A stretch of 64,000 nt of DNA from Lama guanicoe (taxonomy: Eukaryota). Shown piece by piece: positions 1 through 12,780 of this stretch (the first letter of the stretch is position 1; each line of letters begins with the position of its first letter). Made by a program: the position numbers and the translations under genes. Under the pieces are notes generated by a model, which did no database searches, was not told the origin of the DNA, and saw only the letters and a list, made by a program, of their open reading frames with translations. The stretch spans positions 17,042,711-17,106,710 of the forward strand of contig MU054187.1 of the NCBI GenBank assembly GCA_013239625.1. The letters run 5' to 3'.

Positions 1-833
1 TTCCAATTTGCACATCTCATTGGGCACTTTTAAAAAACGCAGGTTGATCCACTCACACAACTTTATGCAAAAAAGCTCACGTCTTCTTAAATATAGCACA
101 AACTAAAGAAAAGTAGACATATTTATGAAAATATAATAAAACAAAGAATGTTCCCCTAATTGGATGATCTATATAAGGTCTAGCTCTAATGTGGTGATGT
201 GATCAGATTCTCCTAACATCTTGCTTCAACAATGAGTGTTGTCCTCCAGTGATGAACAGTTATGTGTGTCTTATTTTTTTGCCCATTTTAAATTTCATCC
301 ATAACTAAAACACTGTCTATACAAAAGTCTAAAATACTTTTAATCAAACTCTTAATTTCTTGGCAATGAGAACAAGCCTGTTGGAAATGATAGGAAACTG
401 CAGTTGGGAAACTCCACTCTCTTCGATGACCAGTATGGAGTTGAATGCCACCTACACCTTAGAACTTGAGCAGACATTGCACATAGACAGTTGCTTAAGA
501 TATACTTTGGTTGCTTTTGGAGACCCTGCTTTTAGATACTCATATGCTGAAGTGCCCTTATTTTCTCTTGAAGCAAATAGAACATGCCTGGAAGAAAGAA
601 TCCTGGCATTCTTCCTGCTCTGGGGGTTCTTACCACTCTGTTTCACCTGCAGCTAAGAGTTTGGTAAGGCTTGCATGATTGTTAAAGGTAAAATAATTCA
701 GCAGATTATTCGTCATTATAAATTTCAAGATTCTTTAATTGCATAAATGAAATAACCACTCAGAAAGACTAAGACTTCTTATATGCCAGATATACAGCAT
801 TTTTCTCAGCACATCGAAGAAAAGAATATGTTG

Positions 834-1279
834 TGGCAATGATCCTTTGTTGATCGAACTTTAATCAGGCTCTTGAAGCTTCCCCTAGACTCATCTGTGC
901 TCTGCCTTACAAAAGTCTGCTTTTATCAAGAACCTGGCGAAGCACTCACAGATTTATCAGGATTCTCCGCCCTTGATATTTGGTTGGTTTCCTCATCTTT
1001 CACCATCCCCCAGGTGATGTCTGATTATCTTCATGGCAAAGAGCCTTTTAGTTCGGTTTAGACAGAATCCCTCTGAATCAGAATCCCTGATGTTTCCTCT
1101 TGGTAATTCTATCATCTGACCTCCTCTTTGTGCCTTGGCTGTAAATTCCCACTTGCCCATCCTGTGTTCAGAATTGCACCTGGCTTTCTACTGAGGTCCC
1201 TCTTCCTCTACTGCAATAGTCCTGAATAAAATCTTTATTTATGCTTTAATGACTATCCAGCTCTAGCTTTTCTCTGACA
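834..1279 (+). mobile_element. ERV1-class solo LTR, MER31/MER67-like
   Basis: TG...CA termini with a 4-bp direct repeat GTTG at 830-833 and 1280-1283 (ERV1-length TSD). Internal ACTTTAATCAGGCTC, CACCATCCCCCAGGTGATGTCTGAT and GTCCTGAATAAA resemble the MER31/MER67 consensus as recalled. Confidence 0.8.
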
Positions 1280-1624
1280 GTTGTATGTTCGCTTTATGTG
1301 TGTACTTCATAAAAGTCTGACCTTGGTCTAAACCACACTTGATATTTTCATTACCTTATCTAGTGAGAGTGAGTCACAACATACCGTAGAAATAAAGCAA
1401 AAAGCATCTACTGATGATTAATATGCAGATTTGGAGCAGATACCTCTTGATGGTTGTGTCAACAGAATACAAGGTGTTTAGCCACCATGAATTCAGAGTC
1501 AATTCAAACTTATAAGTCCATGTTAGGACTATGGAACAGAACATGAATTCTGTTAAAAGTTTGAGGTGGCAATGCAGCTCAGTGTTGGCGCTGGTGATCC
1601 TGTATCAAATCACATTGGAAGGCC

Positions 1625-2350
1625 AGGCCTTCATGGAGCTTATATTCAAGTGGAGAAGAAAGAGAAAATATAAGCAAGTTGACCAAAGTAAAATATTAGG
1701 GCAGATTTTAGTATGTTTTTGAAAGAATCACAGTATGGATTAATATTGAGAATAGTATTGGGGGACCTTTTAAATAGATTATCAGGAAAAAACATAGTTG
1801 AATTAATTGCATATAAAACAACAACAAAAGAAGAGGAAGAGAACCAGTCTGCTGAAGAATCATGGAAAGAATGTCTACACTTAGACAACACAGATTTAGC
1901 ATTTTTGAGGAACTGAGAAAAGCATGGCCACCATCTATTGAATGAAGAGAAGAGAGGCAGGCAATGATAGGGAACCCTTAATGCAGAGCCTTGCAAAGAG
2001 CTCTGAATTTTATTCTTTCTGCAACAGAGAGTCACAATAAAGATTTAAGCAAAGAAGTGGCACAATCCCATTTATGTTTAAAGAGAATTCTCTGCTTTGG
2101 TTGAAGAGCGGAGGGACCACGGATGGGAGTTTGAAGGAGGGACACGGGGGAGTTTAGGAGGCCTTTCAGGGCAGATCTGATAATGGTTTGGATGTAACTG
2201 TGAGACAGCCGACAGTTAGATGCCCTGCAGAGCCAGAGAAGTCAGGAGACAAAACACTCAGAGCTGAGAAGCAGCCAGTGAGGTCAGCAAAAACCCAGAA
2301 GAACCTGGGGTGAAGGACAGGAGCAAAGGATGGACAGTTTAAGTGGGTGA
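1625..2350 (-). mobile_element. L2 LINE fragment(s), degraded
   Basis: Antisense L2-like motifs: TTCATGGAGCTTATATTC, TTTGAGGAACTGAGAAAAG, GAATTTTATTCT...GATTTAAGCAAAGAAGTG, GAGAAGCAGCCAGTGAGGT. Confidence 0.65.
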
Positions 2351-3619
2351 TAGAAGGCATGCATTTCTGTCTTATTCAATTATTCAAACATTTTATTTTA
2401 TGATTAAAATTCAACCTATATCTGAGAGGCAGAATGTATGAATCCTTAAATCATAACACTTATTTGTGATAACATAATCACAGGATTTCAGAGCGTAATC
2501 ATACAGAAGGAACAAAATCCGATACATATTGATGGATATAACACGAAGCTTAATAGTGTGTGAGCAGTAGCTGAAGAACGAGATTGATTCAAAAACGGCC
2601 CCAAGCCTCCATGTATTACCATAAACAAGTTATAATTCTTTAAGTTGAATCCTTTTAAAGATCACTGTATTTTAAAATATGGAGGACTGAAAACAGCTAA
2701 GATTAGCTATGGAAACCAGCGAGTCTAGTCTATCTTGCTCCTTGTCTCTTAGAAATGGAGACACAGTCCTCCAACTGCAGCTCTCTGCCATCGCTCATGG
2801 AGGAATTCCAATCTCTGTGGAGACTGCTTCCATTTCAGCCACTCAATTAGAGGTGAAAGATGTTCCATTTGCCGTCACCTAAGCCAGACGGTCCACCTAT
2901 CTTTTTCCTCATTCTTTCAACCAAATGATACCTTCTTATCTCAGATAGAAAAAAAAAATCTGAGAATTGTGGGCATAGCTTGTTCATTCTTAGTCGCTTT
3001 TCCCCCTTTGTTTCAAATGGCAGCATTTTCTGTAAATCAGCTAAAGGACTGTGTCATTATGCTATCATCTTTGCAAACTCCATAATTGTAGCTTTTCTCC
3101 CCAAGTCACTGAAATGAGACATCTATTTCTACGCCAAATATTAATTTATTTTCAGTTTTACTTGTTATGTTATTTACTTAGGTGATAGTAGTCCCAACCT
3201 TTTTCAGAGGTGACCCAGTATTGCAGAGAACTATTTTCTAAATAATGCATATTTTCACAAAAGACAATAAAAACTGTAAGATTAGAATTTATGCTTGTTC
3301 ATCACTATTTCCATATTTTTTTCCTAAAGACATAAAAGACTGATGTTATTGCTTTTGTTTTAAAAGTAGTCACATCAGCTGAAAAAAAAAGTCACATTGA
3401 ATGTGATTATATCTAATTAATTTGCAGGATTGAAGACAGCTAAGATTAGCAATGTGCTGATTAGAGCAATTAAGATTTGTGTAAAATGAGCAGGGATTAA
3501 AAAAGAACAGTAAACAACATGAAAATATTTACTAGGAATAATTTACTACTGAGTTTATGTTATTGTATTTTTCTCTTTATCCTTGTTCCTCAAGAAATGT
3601 AAAACCTGGTGGTAGTTAT

Positions 3620-3895
3620 TTATATTCCAAAACTTCTGTGATTTCAAGTGACAGAAGCCCAATGCAAATAGACATCAACTGAAAAAAGAATTAAAAGAAC
3701 CTATCTGGACAGCCTATGCACTACCTTCAGGAACAACTGCATCAAGGGGCTTTTGCAACATAAGGTCTTGCTTTCTATTTCTCCTATGATTTTTCCTGAA
3801 TATGGCTTCATTTTAAGGCAGATATCCCCTGAAGTACCATTATGCCTAAGAACATATTCAAGTTTACATTTTAAACTTTGAGTAATCACAAATAC
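3620..3895 (-). mobile_element. Old MaLR LTR fragment (MLT1J/K-like)
   Basis: CAAGTGACAGAAGCCCAA and TGGCTTCATTTTAAGGCAG resemble antisense MLT1J/K motifs; cut off by the adjacent L1. Confidence 0.5.
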
Positions 3896-3896
3896 T

Positions 3897-4778
3897 TTCC
3901 TTTCTTCCAGTTTTATTGGGATATAATTGACATAAAGCACTGTATAAGTTTAAAATGTACAGCATCATGATTTGACTTATATGCATGATGAAATGATTAT
4001 CACAATAAGTTTAGTGATCACCCATTATTTCATATAGAGACAAAATTAAAGAAATATAATTTTTTTTCTTGTGATGAGAACTCTTAGGATTTATTCTCTT
4101 AACAACTTTCATATATAACATAGAGAAATGTGAATTATATTTATCATTTTGTACATTACATCCCTAGTACTTATTTATCTTACAACAGGAAGTTTGTAAC
4201 TTTTGACTGCCTTCATCCAATTCTCTCTTCCCCCAAACCCCCACTTCTGGTAACTACAAATCTGATCTCTTTTACTGTAAGTTTTTTGGCCATTTGTCTT
4301 TTAGTATAATTGACCTAGAACATTATGTTAGTTCCCATTACACAACATAATGATTTGGTATTTCTATACAGTTCAAAATGATGACCATTTACAAAACTAT
4401 GTTATTCTATGTCACTATACAAAGATACTACATAGTTAATGACTATATTACACCCACTATACCTTTCACACCAGTGACATTTATTTTGCAGCTGAAAGTT
4501 TGTACCTCTTAATCTCCCTCATCTGTTTCTTTCCTGCCTCCACCCTCTCCCCTCTGGCAATGACCTGTTTGCTGTCTGTATCTATAGCTCTATTTCTGTT
4601 GTGTTATGTTTATTTGTTTTGTCTTTTTAGATTACACATTTAAAGTGAAATCATACAGTATTTGTCTTTTTCTTTCTGACTTATTTTACTTAGCTTAATA
4701 CCCTCTAGGCCCACCCATGCTGACATGAATGACAAGACTTCATTCTTATTTTTTGGCTGAGTAATATTTATTGTGATC
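3897..4778 (-). mobile_element. LINE-1 3' UTR fragment (L1MA-like)
   Basis: TTTTATTGGGATATAATTGACATA...GTTTAAAATGTACAGC (antisense L1 3' end) and TGAAATCATACAGTATTTGTCTTT...CTGACTTATTTTACTTAGC. Confidence 0.85.
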
Positions 4779-4827
4779 TATATGTATATACACACACACG
4801 CGTGCACACACACACGCACACACACGC
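4779..4827. repeat. Compound TA/CA/CG microsatellite
   Basis: Directly visible 49-bp alternating purine-pyrimidine tract. Confidence 0.95.
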
Positions 4828-5590
4828 CTCTTCCCACTGTAGAATATGTTATTCAGACTGATACACCATCTATATCAGCAATGCATTACTGAATTCCAAA
4901 GTGAATTCTTATTTTAAAATATTTTTATGTACTAAAGCACGGAGGAGTAAGGGATTCTAAAGATGATAATCACTGAAAATTTTCAAAAAAGATAGTTTTA
5001 TTGGGAGCATTTACTAAATTCTTAAGACTGTAAATATAAAAAGAAAAAGGTAAATTACATTAGATATATAATCCTTATCTTTCAAGAGTTGAAAAGTACT
5101 ACCTTTGTTTTGTTTTATAGTATGTGGAAGTCTGTATTTCTTCAATTCTATAAATGTAAACAATATTGTACTTCCCATGTTGCTAATGGAGCTTGAAATT
5201 AGGGTAGCCGTTTTTGTATCAGCATCATGATGATGTCAGCAATTCACATGAAAAATGAAACGTAACCAATACAACTACTACAGCCACAAACATAGCCAGC
5301 TTTCCGGGTTTGAAATTGGCTGACCATATATAATAATGGATGGTGCAGGAAAAGAAAACATTCTCTTTTCTAGGCTTTGTAAAACCAATAGCAAGTTTGT
5401 TGATGAAGAATCCTGTAAAGCTATGCACTTAGTAAAAAAGTTTACATTGGACTCCAAGGTCAGTATTGTAAAATTTGATACCAGGTCTACATCCGTGTAT
5501 CACTGTAAGAAGCAGGGTTTGGTAATTATTGGCATTTGCTCAATCCCACTTATAAAACAATTAATGATTTTTTTCATCTAAAATTACATT

Positions 5591-5775
5591 GTAGAATAGA
5601 TAAACAAGATTACACTGTATAGCACAGGGAAGTATACACAAAAGTTATGCTAAATCACAGAGAAAAAAATGTGACAATGAGTGTGTATATGTCCATGAAT
5701 GGCTGAAAAATTGTGCTGAACACTGGAATTTGACACAACATTGTAAAATGATTATAAATCAATAAAAAATGTTAA
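5591..5775 (+). mobile_element. Heavily 5'-truncated young LINE-1 (3' end only)
   Basis: CTGTATAGCACAGGGAA and TTGACACAACATTGTAAA are shared with the L1 3' end at ~16150-16280; AATAAA then A-rich tail; 11-bp TSD AAAATTACATT at 5580-5590 and 5776-5786. Confidence 0.9.
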
Positions 5776-7254
5776 AAAATTACATTTTAATTATGAATTA
5801 ATCAGTTGTCCTATATTTAATTTCTAAAAACATGTGTGATAACTCAGCCTTGTCCAAACAATAAAAATACTGATATCAATTATCCAAATTAAAAAAAAAT
5901 TAGGTATTTCAGAACCAAGAAAATTTGTGTTAGACATAAATTATGTACTTTACTTCAGATTAACTTTTTCCTAATTTTAAGATAACTTTAGTGAAGGTAA
6001 GAAAAAATCTTTTTGCAGAAAAATAAATCTGTAAATAAAAACCAACCTCAATCTATTAAAAGGCTCACCATTAGTCATCATTACATGGGACTGGTTCACA
6101 AACTACAACACACATGAAAGTGTAGCTGCGAAGTTATATGACTGATCGTTCTTTGCCATGAAAGAATGCAGTACCCTGTTGCTCGTGCAGTTGTGAAACA
6201 TTTTTTCCACAAGTTCCCAAACTTGCCTCTAGTGGAGCTTGAGTATCTACTATATATTGTAGCAGATTTATCCATTGCATGTGGATTCAAGTTTTAGAAA
6301 ATGTCCTAAGGATTAAGAATCAAGACTGTGCATAAGGTGACAGAGCATTACTTCATCAGACGTAAAGTGTGAATTTGAAATTTCTGGATCATAAGGAATT
6401 CATATTAAGACTTCCTTCCCAAGGCTCTGTTTTTAATTCCAGCTATATCGAGGTAGTGGTTATATTAATAAAAATCTCTCTCTCTCTCTTCCCACAGATC
6501 AGCAAGAAATAATATGAGAAAAAATTGTCAGATATTAGAATAGCATTTTAGAACAACTTCTCTTATTCACAGGATAATTCTCTAGATATTTAGGAAATTT
6601 ATAAGAACTCTTCAAATGATCTGTAAGTCTAACGATCCTACTTGAAAATCAATACAACAGTAAAGCCACACATTAGATTTATATGAAATGATAGACAAAG
6701 CCTCTTTCCTTAAATTTCAACTATAGAATGTTTATTTTTTTGAAGCTGTGACAAACACTATATGACAGATGTTTAGAAAAGCAAAAATGTATAGTAAATG
6801 TTGTCTAAATAAATTTTCAACTTATTAAGCAAATGGTGAAACAAACATTTTTGTTATGCTAGAGGGAAAATAGCTGCTTTATAGAGATTTTTACTTTGGT
6901 TAAAAGTAGATCTTTTTTTTTTAAACCTTCTAACGAAAGGAAGCAGTCTATGAGCATTTCACACAATAGCTGGGCAGCTGTCTGTTTCATTCTTGCAGGA
7001 ATCTTTCTTTAATCTTCCAGGGTTCACTTGTTTTATGTTCATTGGGTCCAGTATGGAACTTGTACTTCGGCCATCATATATTTAGTCATCGTAGACTGTA
7101 CTAGAATCAAACCTTTTTATTTGGCCTGAATTGGCCAGTCATGTGTGCAATACTTCCGTTTGCTTGATAAGAATGAGTTCCCCTTGGTTTATCTTTTGTG
7201 GGTTTTTTCTTCCCTCTTGTATGGTTTGCATAGACCTCGGTAATTGGAACAGAT

Positions 7255-8749
7255 ATTTTTCCCCCGCTTTATTGATACATAGCTGTTATACATCCCAATA
7301 TATAACATAACATTGTGTAAGTTTAAGGTGTACAACATGACAATTTGGTATAACTTACATATTGTGAAGTGATAACCACAATAAGTTAGTTAACACATCT
7401 ATAATCTCACATAGTTATCGTGTTTGTGTGTGTGTGTGTGTACGGTAGAGAACATTTAAGATCTAATCTCTTAGCAACACTCAAGTATATAATACAGTAT
7501 TTTTAACTATAGTCAACATATTACACATTAGATTCCCAGAATTTATTCATCTTCTAACTGGAAGTTTGTACCCTTTGACCAACATCTCCATCTCCTCCAT
7601 CCAAACCCCCTGTCAACCACCAATCTATATTTTGTTTCTATGAGTTTAGATTTTTTTGAATTCCACATATAGATTATACAACATTTGTCTTTCTTTGTCT
7701 GACTTATTTCACTTAGAATAATGCCTGCAAGAGTCATCCATGCTGTCACTAATGGCAGGGGACCCTTCTTGTTATGGTTGAGTAAAATTCCATTTTATAC
7801 ATATATAGATCAGCAAGATATAATATGTTATATATATAACATTATATTTATCTATTCATCCATATGCAGACACTTAACTTTGTTTTTCCTGTCTTGGCTA
7901 TTGTGAATAATGCTGCAATGAACATGGAGGTGCAGCTATCTCTTTAAGATAGTGGTTTAATTTCCTCCCAAAGTATACCCAGAAATGGGATTGCCAGATC
8001 ACATGGTAGTTCTCTTTTTAATTTTTTGAGGACCCTCCATACTGTTTCTCATAGTGGCTGCACCGTTTTACATTCCCACCTACAGTGCTCAAGGGTTCCC
8101 CTTTCTCTACATCCTTCCAGCATTTGTTATCACTTGTCTTTTTGATAATAGAAATCCTAACAGATGTGTGGTGATATCTCATTATGGTTTTTATTTGGAT
8201 TTCCCTGTTGATTAATGATGCTGAATACCTTTTCATGTACCTGTTGGTCATTCGTAGATCTTTTTTAGAAAAATGTTTATTTAGGTCTTTTATCCATTTT
8301 TTAAATTGAATTATCTGGGTTTTTGCTATTGAGTTGTATGATATATATTTTGGATGTTAATCTCCTTTAAGTGGTGGATATTAATTCCTTATTACATATA
8401 TGCTTCGTGATTTTTTTCTCCCATTCTCCTTTTCCCTTTGCTAATTATTTCCTTTGCTCTCCAGAAGCGTTTTAGTTTTCTATAGTCCCATTTGCTCGTT
8501 TTTTCTTTTGTTACTTGTGCTTTTTGTGTTATATCAAAAAAAAAATGTTGCCAAGACCAATGTCAAGGAGTTTCTTCCTACATTTTCTTCTAGGAGTTTT
8601 ATGGTTGAGGTCTTACATTTAAGTCTCTAATACACTTTGAGTTATATTGTGTGAGTGGTCTAAGATAAGGATTCAATTTCATTTTTTGCATGCGGATATT
8701 CAGTTTTCCTAACACTGATGAAGAAGCTATTTTTCCCCACTGAGAATTC
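7255..8749 (-). mobile_element. LINE-1 ORF2 C-terminus plus 3' UTR (L1MA-like); non-inverted part of a 5'-inverted insertion
   Basis: Minus-strand ORF-track peptides resemble ORF2p C-terminus ([25 protein letters not shown]...[24 protein letters not shown]...MKLNPYL). The 3' UTR contains a (TG)n near 7426-7441. Confidence 0.92.
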
Positions 8750-8754
8750 CACAG

Positions 8755-9512
8755 ATGGCATCCAAACTGGAAAGAAAGAAATAAGACTATCTCTGCAGAT
8801 GACATGATCTTATATATAGAAAACCCTGAACATTCCATGAAAAAACTGCTAGAACTAGCAAATGAATTTGGTAAAACTCATCAGGGAGAAGGTATAGCTC
8901 AAGTGGTAGAGCGCATGCTTAGCATGCACAAGGTCCTGGGTTCAATCACCAGGACCTCCTCTAAAAATAAATAAATAAACCTAATTACTCCCCCTCCCAA
9001 AGAAAATAGTATCAAAAACAATAAAGTACTTAGGAATAAATTTAATCGAGAAAATGAAAGATCTGTACATTGAAAACTATAAGACTTTGATAAAAGAAAT
9101 TGAAGAAGACACAAACAAATGGAAAGATATGTTTGTGGATTGGAATAATTAACATTGTCAAAAATGTCCATACTACCCAAAGCCATCTATAGGTTCAATA
9201 CAATTCCTATCAAAATTCCAATAACATTTTTCACAGAGATAGACATAAAATATTAAAATTTGTATGGGATCACGAAAACTCGAAGTAGCTAAAGAAATCT
9301 GATCAAGAACAAAGCTGGAGAACAAAAGCATCATGTTTCCTGATTCCAGTTTACATTATAGAGCTATAGGAATCAAAACGGTATGGTATTGGCATGAAAA
9401 CAGACACACAAACCAGTGAAATGGATTTGAGAGCCCAGAAATAAATGCATGTGTATACAGTCAACTAATCAAGACTACTCAATAGGGAAGGGATAATCTC
9501 TCCTATAAAAGG
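8755..9512 (+). mobile_element. LINE-1 ORF2 reverse transcriptase segment (inverted 5' part), decayed
   Basis: GGCATCCAAACTGGAAAG...GCAGATGACATGATCTTATATATAGAAAACCCT encodes GIQ.GK.E...ADDMILYIENP (RT (F)ADD motif, GCAGATGAC at 8795-8803); later [20 protein letters not shown]. Interrupted by a SINE. Confidence 0.92.
8884..9006 (+). mobile_element. tRNA(Ala)-derived SINE, camelid Vic-1-like
   Basis: tRNA-like head with Pol III A box TAGCTCAAGTGG (8895-8906) and B box GGTTCAATCAC (8939-8949), then AAAAATAAATAAATAAACCTAATTACTCCCC, matching the camelid SINE as recalled. Confidence 0.85.
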
Positions 9513-12500
9513 CCTTTTTCTGTTCTTTTTAAAATTTATTTTTTAAATTTTCTTTCTGCTTCTCCATGCTAGCTAATTAGCAGATATTTAACACTCTTCT
9601 GACATGAATTAATCTCCATAAAAGTGTCAGAAACAAAAGCACGTCTTAAACAGTGGACCTAGTGTGAGCAATTCTTGATGATAAATTTACCTAGTCTCTC
9701 CAGATGCAAGTTGTTCACATTGACTGTTCAATGATTTAGGTGGAATAATGCAGTAGTCAAAGTTAACTTAAAATGGTATATTATAATACAATTATTTTAC
9801 CCATGAAAGCATGACTAATAGCTAAATGAAACTGTTCATTTTTCCCATTATATATTTCTTTATTTTTTGTGAGTTAGGTTGAAACAATATTTCGGTATAC
9901 ATTTTATAAAGAATTTAGAATAACACAATTTTTGATTGAGGAAGTGTTTGATATACTAAAATGCTACTTCATTTATCTATATTCTCCATTGTGTGCTTTT
10001 TTTTTTAATGTAGTTGTCACTCAAAACACTTAGTTATATATTTTGTCTTAGTGGAAGAAGAAAGTTCAACTGAATCTGCACCTTTAAACACAGATCACAG
10101 CAGTTGTTCCTCAATTCATTACACTTTCTAAATCCCCAAATCTTGCCTCCTTACCAAATATTAGAGTTCACAGCCATTATTTCCTTTCCTTGAACAGTAA
10201 AATAACAACCAAAAAAAAATCTAAAAGCTGAAGAATGAAAGCAGTGAAATTGATTATACAAGACATCTTCTATTGTCCCTTAAGGTACATGTCCTTCTCT
10301 CTCTTTCCTAATTTACTTTAGAGAAACTGATCTTCAATGCCTTTCAACATACTGCTCTGCCACATTGGTAAACAGATGTCCAGCTCTGTGGCTATTCTAA
10401 CAAAACTCAATTATAGGTATTTTTAAAAAAAATTCTGTGTAATTTTTCACATATTTCACCTATTTTACCTTCCTCATTCACATTGAACTTAATTCTCTTT
10501 ATGATAATCACATAATTTTCATATTTTGATTTTTCTTTCAAATAGTCCAAAATTCTCATTGTCCATATTACTTTATATTTATTTTTCCACAATTGTTTAT
10601 CCAAATTGTCATATTTACTACAACATTTTGTTTCACTGATTTATTTTATCCAAATTGTCTTCTTGATGCTTTTTCTTCCACAAGGGTAACCTAAAACTGC
10701 TCCCCACATTTTTTGAAACATTTTTGCCTACCACTGTGATTTTTCTGGCAAAGATATAATTTTAGATACAATGTGAGATGAAGACAGAAACTTCCCTCCG
10801 AAACCTTGGATTACTGTAGTGGTTGATGGAGATTCAATCCTCGGACAAATACTTTATTCAGATAGACCCTTAAAAGATGGAAGGCAGATTGCGCCTTCAG
10901 AGAGTTTGCATGAAGTACCATATTGGGAATGCTAAAAACGCAGAGTGAGCATGTTTTGTAAAAAATGGACATACTTAAGTTAATGTGAATTACCCATTTA
11001 CTTATGTTTTCATAAGCATCCTATTAACTAATAGCAGGTTTTGATATACTGTGTGTGAGTGATTTCCATCACTCACTTCAACAGCAACAAATCTATCATG
11101 TATCTTTATGGATGTATATTGTTGAAATCTTAAGTCAGACTTTTGATTATTCAGCATTCTGTAGAGAGTTTAATTATTAAAGTCTCTCATATCCAAAACC
11201 GTTTATGATTTATAGTATAACAAGAAGCAGAATTTGACTGTTTTCAAATTTTCTGTTAGCCCCATGATTTTTCCAGAATATATTGTTTATTACTTTTCCT
11301 TCTTTCACTTCTACTCTTGTTTTCTCCTCTTTAAGGATACCCTGATACTACACATATTCCACCAAATTTTAAAGGTCTAATCAATAATGACATGATGATT
11401 ACCCTTTACTCTCTCTCCCATTAATGCTCAATACCTAGATTTCACAAGAAAATCTGCCATAAGAAAGCTACTTGTTTCTTACAACAGGAGTCATTGATTT
11501 TTTTTTAATACACTACAGTGTCTTTCTCTATGCTGTAATTATGCACCTAAACAACATACATCTTAATTTTCATTTTCATTTGCAATCCCAGGAAAAGAAA
11601 GAAAGGAGTCAATGGCACAGTTATAGGGTTGTGGAAAGCTGATTCGTACAGTCAATGGACAGCCAGGCTTTGAGTTGTAACCTGTAATACTTGATAAAGA
11701 TCAGGAAAAGGACAACCAGGTTAGAGAAGGGCCACCTTTTTTAATTGAAGCTAACAACTCATTACTGATATGATTAAGGTGCCTCCCCGAAGTCATTAAT
11801 ACATGTAAATGAAGATGGAAATTTTTAAACTTTAATATGAAAAGGGAGTATGTTGAAATGAGAAAGGATGTTATAATAACAGGTACAAACTCAATGATGA
11901 TGATCATCAAAGAGCCTAGGGGGAGAAAAACAGAAGTTGAGGAAGAAGAACATATTAGTATTTCCCAGCACAGGCCTTAGAATGAGTATGCTTTAATTCT
12001 AAATAACCAGAAATGTCCCCACATATGCAGTATATAATTCATTAGACTACCATGGTTGATCATATCACCCTTATGAAACTTCTCAGTTCTCATGAGCTGA
12101 CCCTATATTTACCAAGCAACTCAATATTTGGGGTCAAAAAAAAATCCTGAAATAGCCTATCTAAAAAGAAACGCATATGATTATTATTGATGTTTCCTTT
12201 AAATATATTTAGTGTGGCCAATTAATCACTGATTTTCAACTTTATAAATCTGTCTCCTAAATATATAAATGCATGCTTTTTACAGTGAATTTTTTCATCA
12301 AGATCTAACCAGAGAGATTACCTAAGTAGTAAGTAGAGATTGAGTATAGGCATTCAAGTTTCTTTCTCTTCTCTGTCAACATTAACTCCACACTTGTGGG
12401 CATCTGAATTTCTAATATCTCAATTACTTTACATTTTTCTTATTATCAAGTACTTCTTCACTTCACAAGATGCTATGAATGATAGTATGAGGGCTAGCAA

Positions 12501-12659
12501 TACTTTTAAATATGTGCAAAGCACACAAAGCAAGAAATTGTGGTTGTTTGTATGTTTAACATTAGGGAAATATAATAACATCAAATCTCTAACTTTGCAA
12601 ATGTGCACAATGATGCAACATTTAAATACCTATGCAGCCTTCTTAAATACATCCTGGAA

Positions 12660-12780
12660 TAGCACTCCATGGAGGTTTGGAACCCTGATAAGACTTCACA
12701 AGATGAAAGAACAGCTGAAGAAATGTATAGAATACCTTAGAAAAGAAAGACTACCACTGATGCATGTGTAGGAGAAAGCA
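12660..12780 (+). mobile_element. Possible L3/CR1 remnant
   Basis: GAAAGAACAGCTGAAGAAATG...CCTTAGAAAAGAAAGACT (KEQLKK...LRKERL) loosely resembles the CR1 'EERLKELGLFSLEKRRL' region. Confidence 0.3.

Noticed and set aside
360..656. 98-aa ORF and overlapping 64-aa antisense ORF
   Set aside because: No recognisable domain or convincing exon structure; length compatible with chance.
3897..4480. Apparently doubled L1 3' terminus (second TATAATTGAC...ATGATTTG at ~4305)
   Set aside because: Probably an inherited subfamily feature or a simple nested L1 tail; cannot be called novel without a consensus alignment.
6222..6237. CTCF-like motif (CCACTAGAGGCAAG on minus strand)
   Set aside because: Deviates at key 3' core positions; not supportable without ChIP or conservation data.
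8884..8957. tRNA-Ala-like gene
   Set aside because: Followed by a SINE body and A-rich tail with no oligo-T terminator, and embedded in an L1; it is a SINE head.
12340..12771. Longest ORF in the track (143 aa)
   Set aside because: TTG start, AT-rich composition, no recognisable family apart from a possible CR1 remnant at its end.
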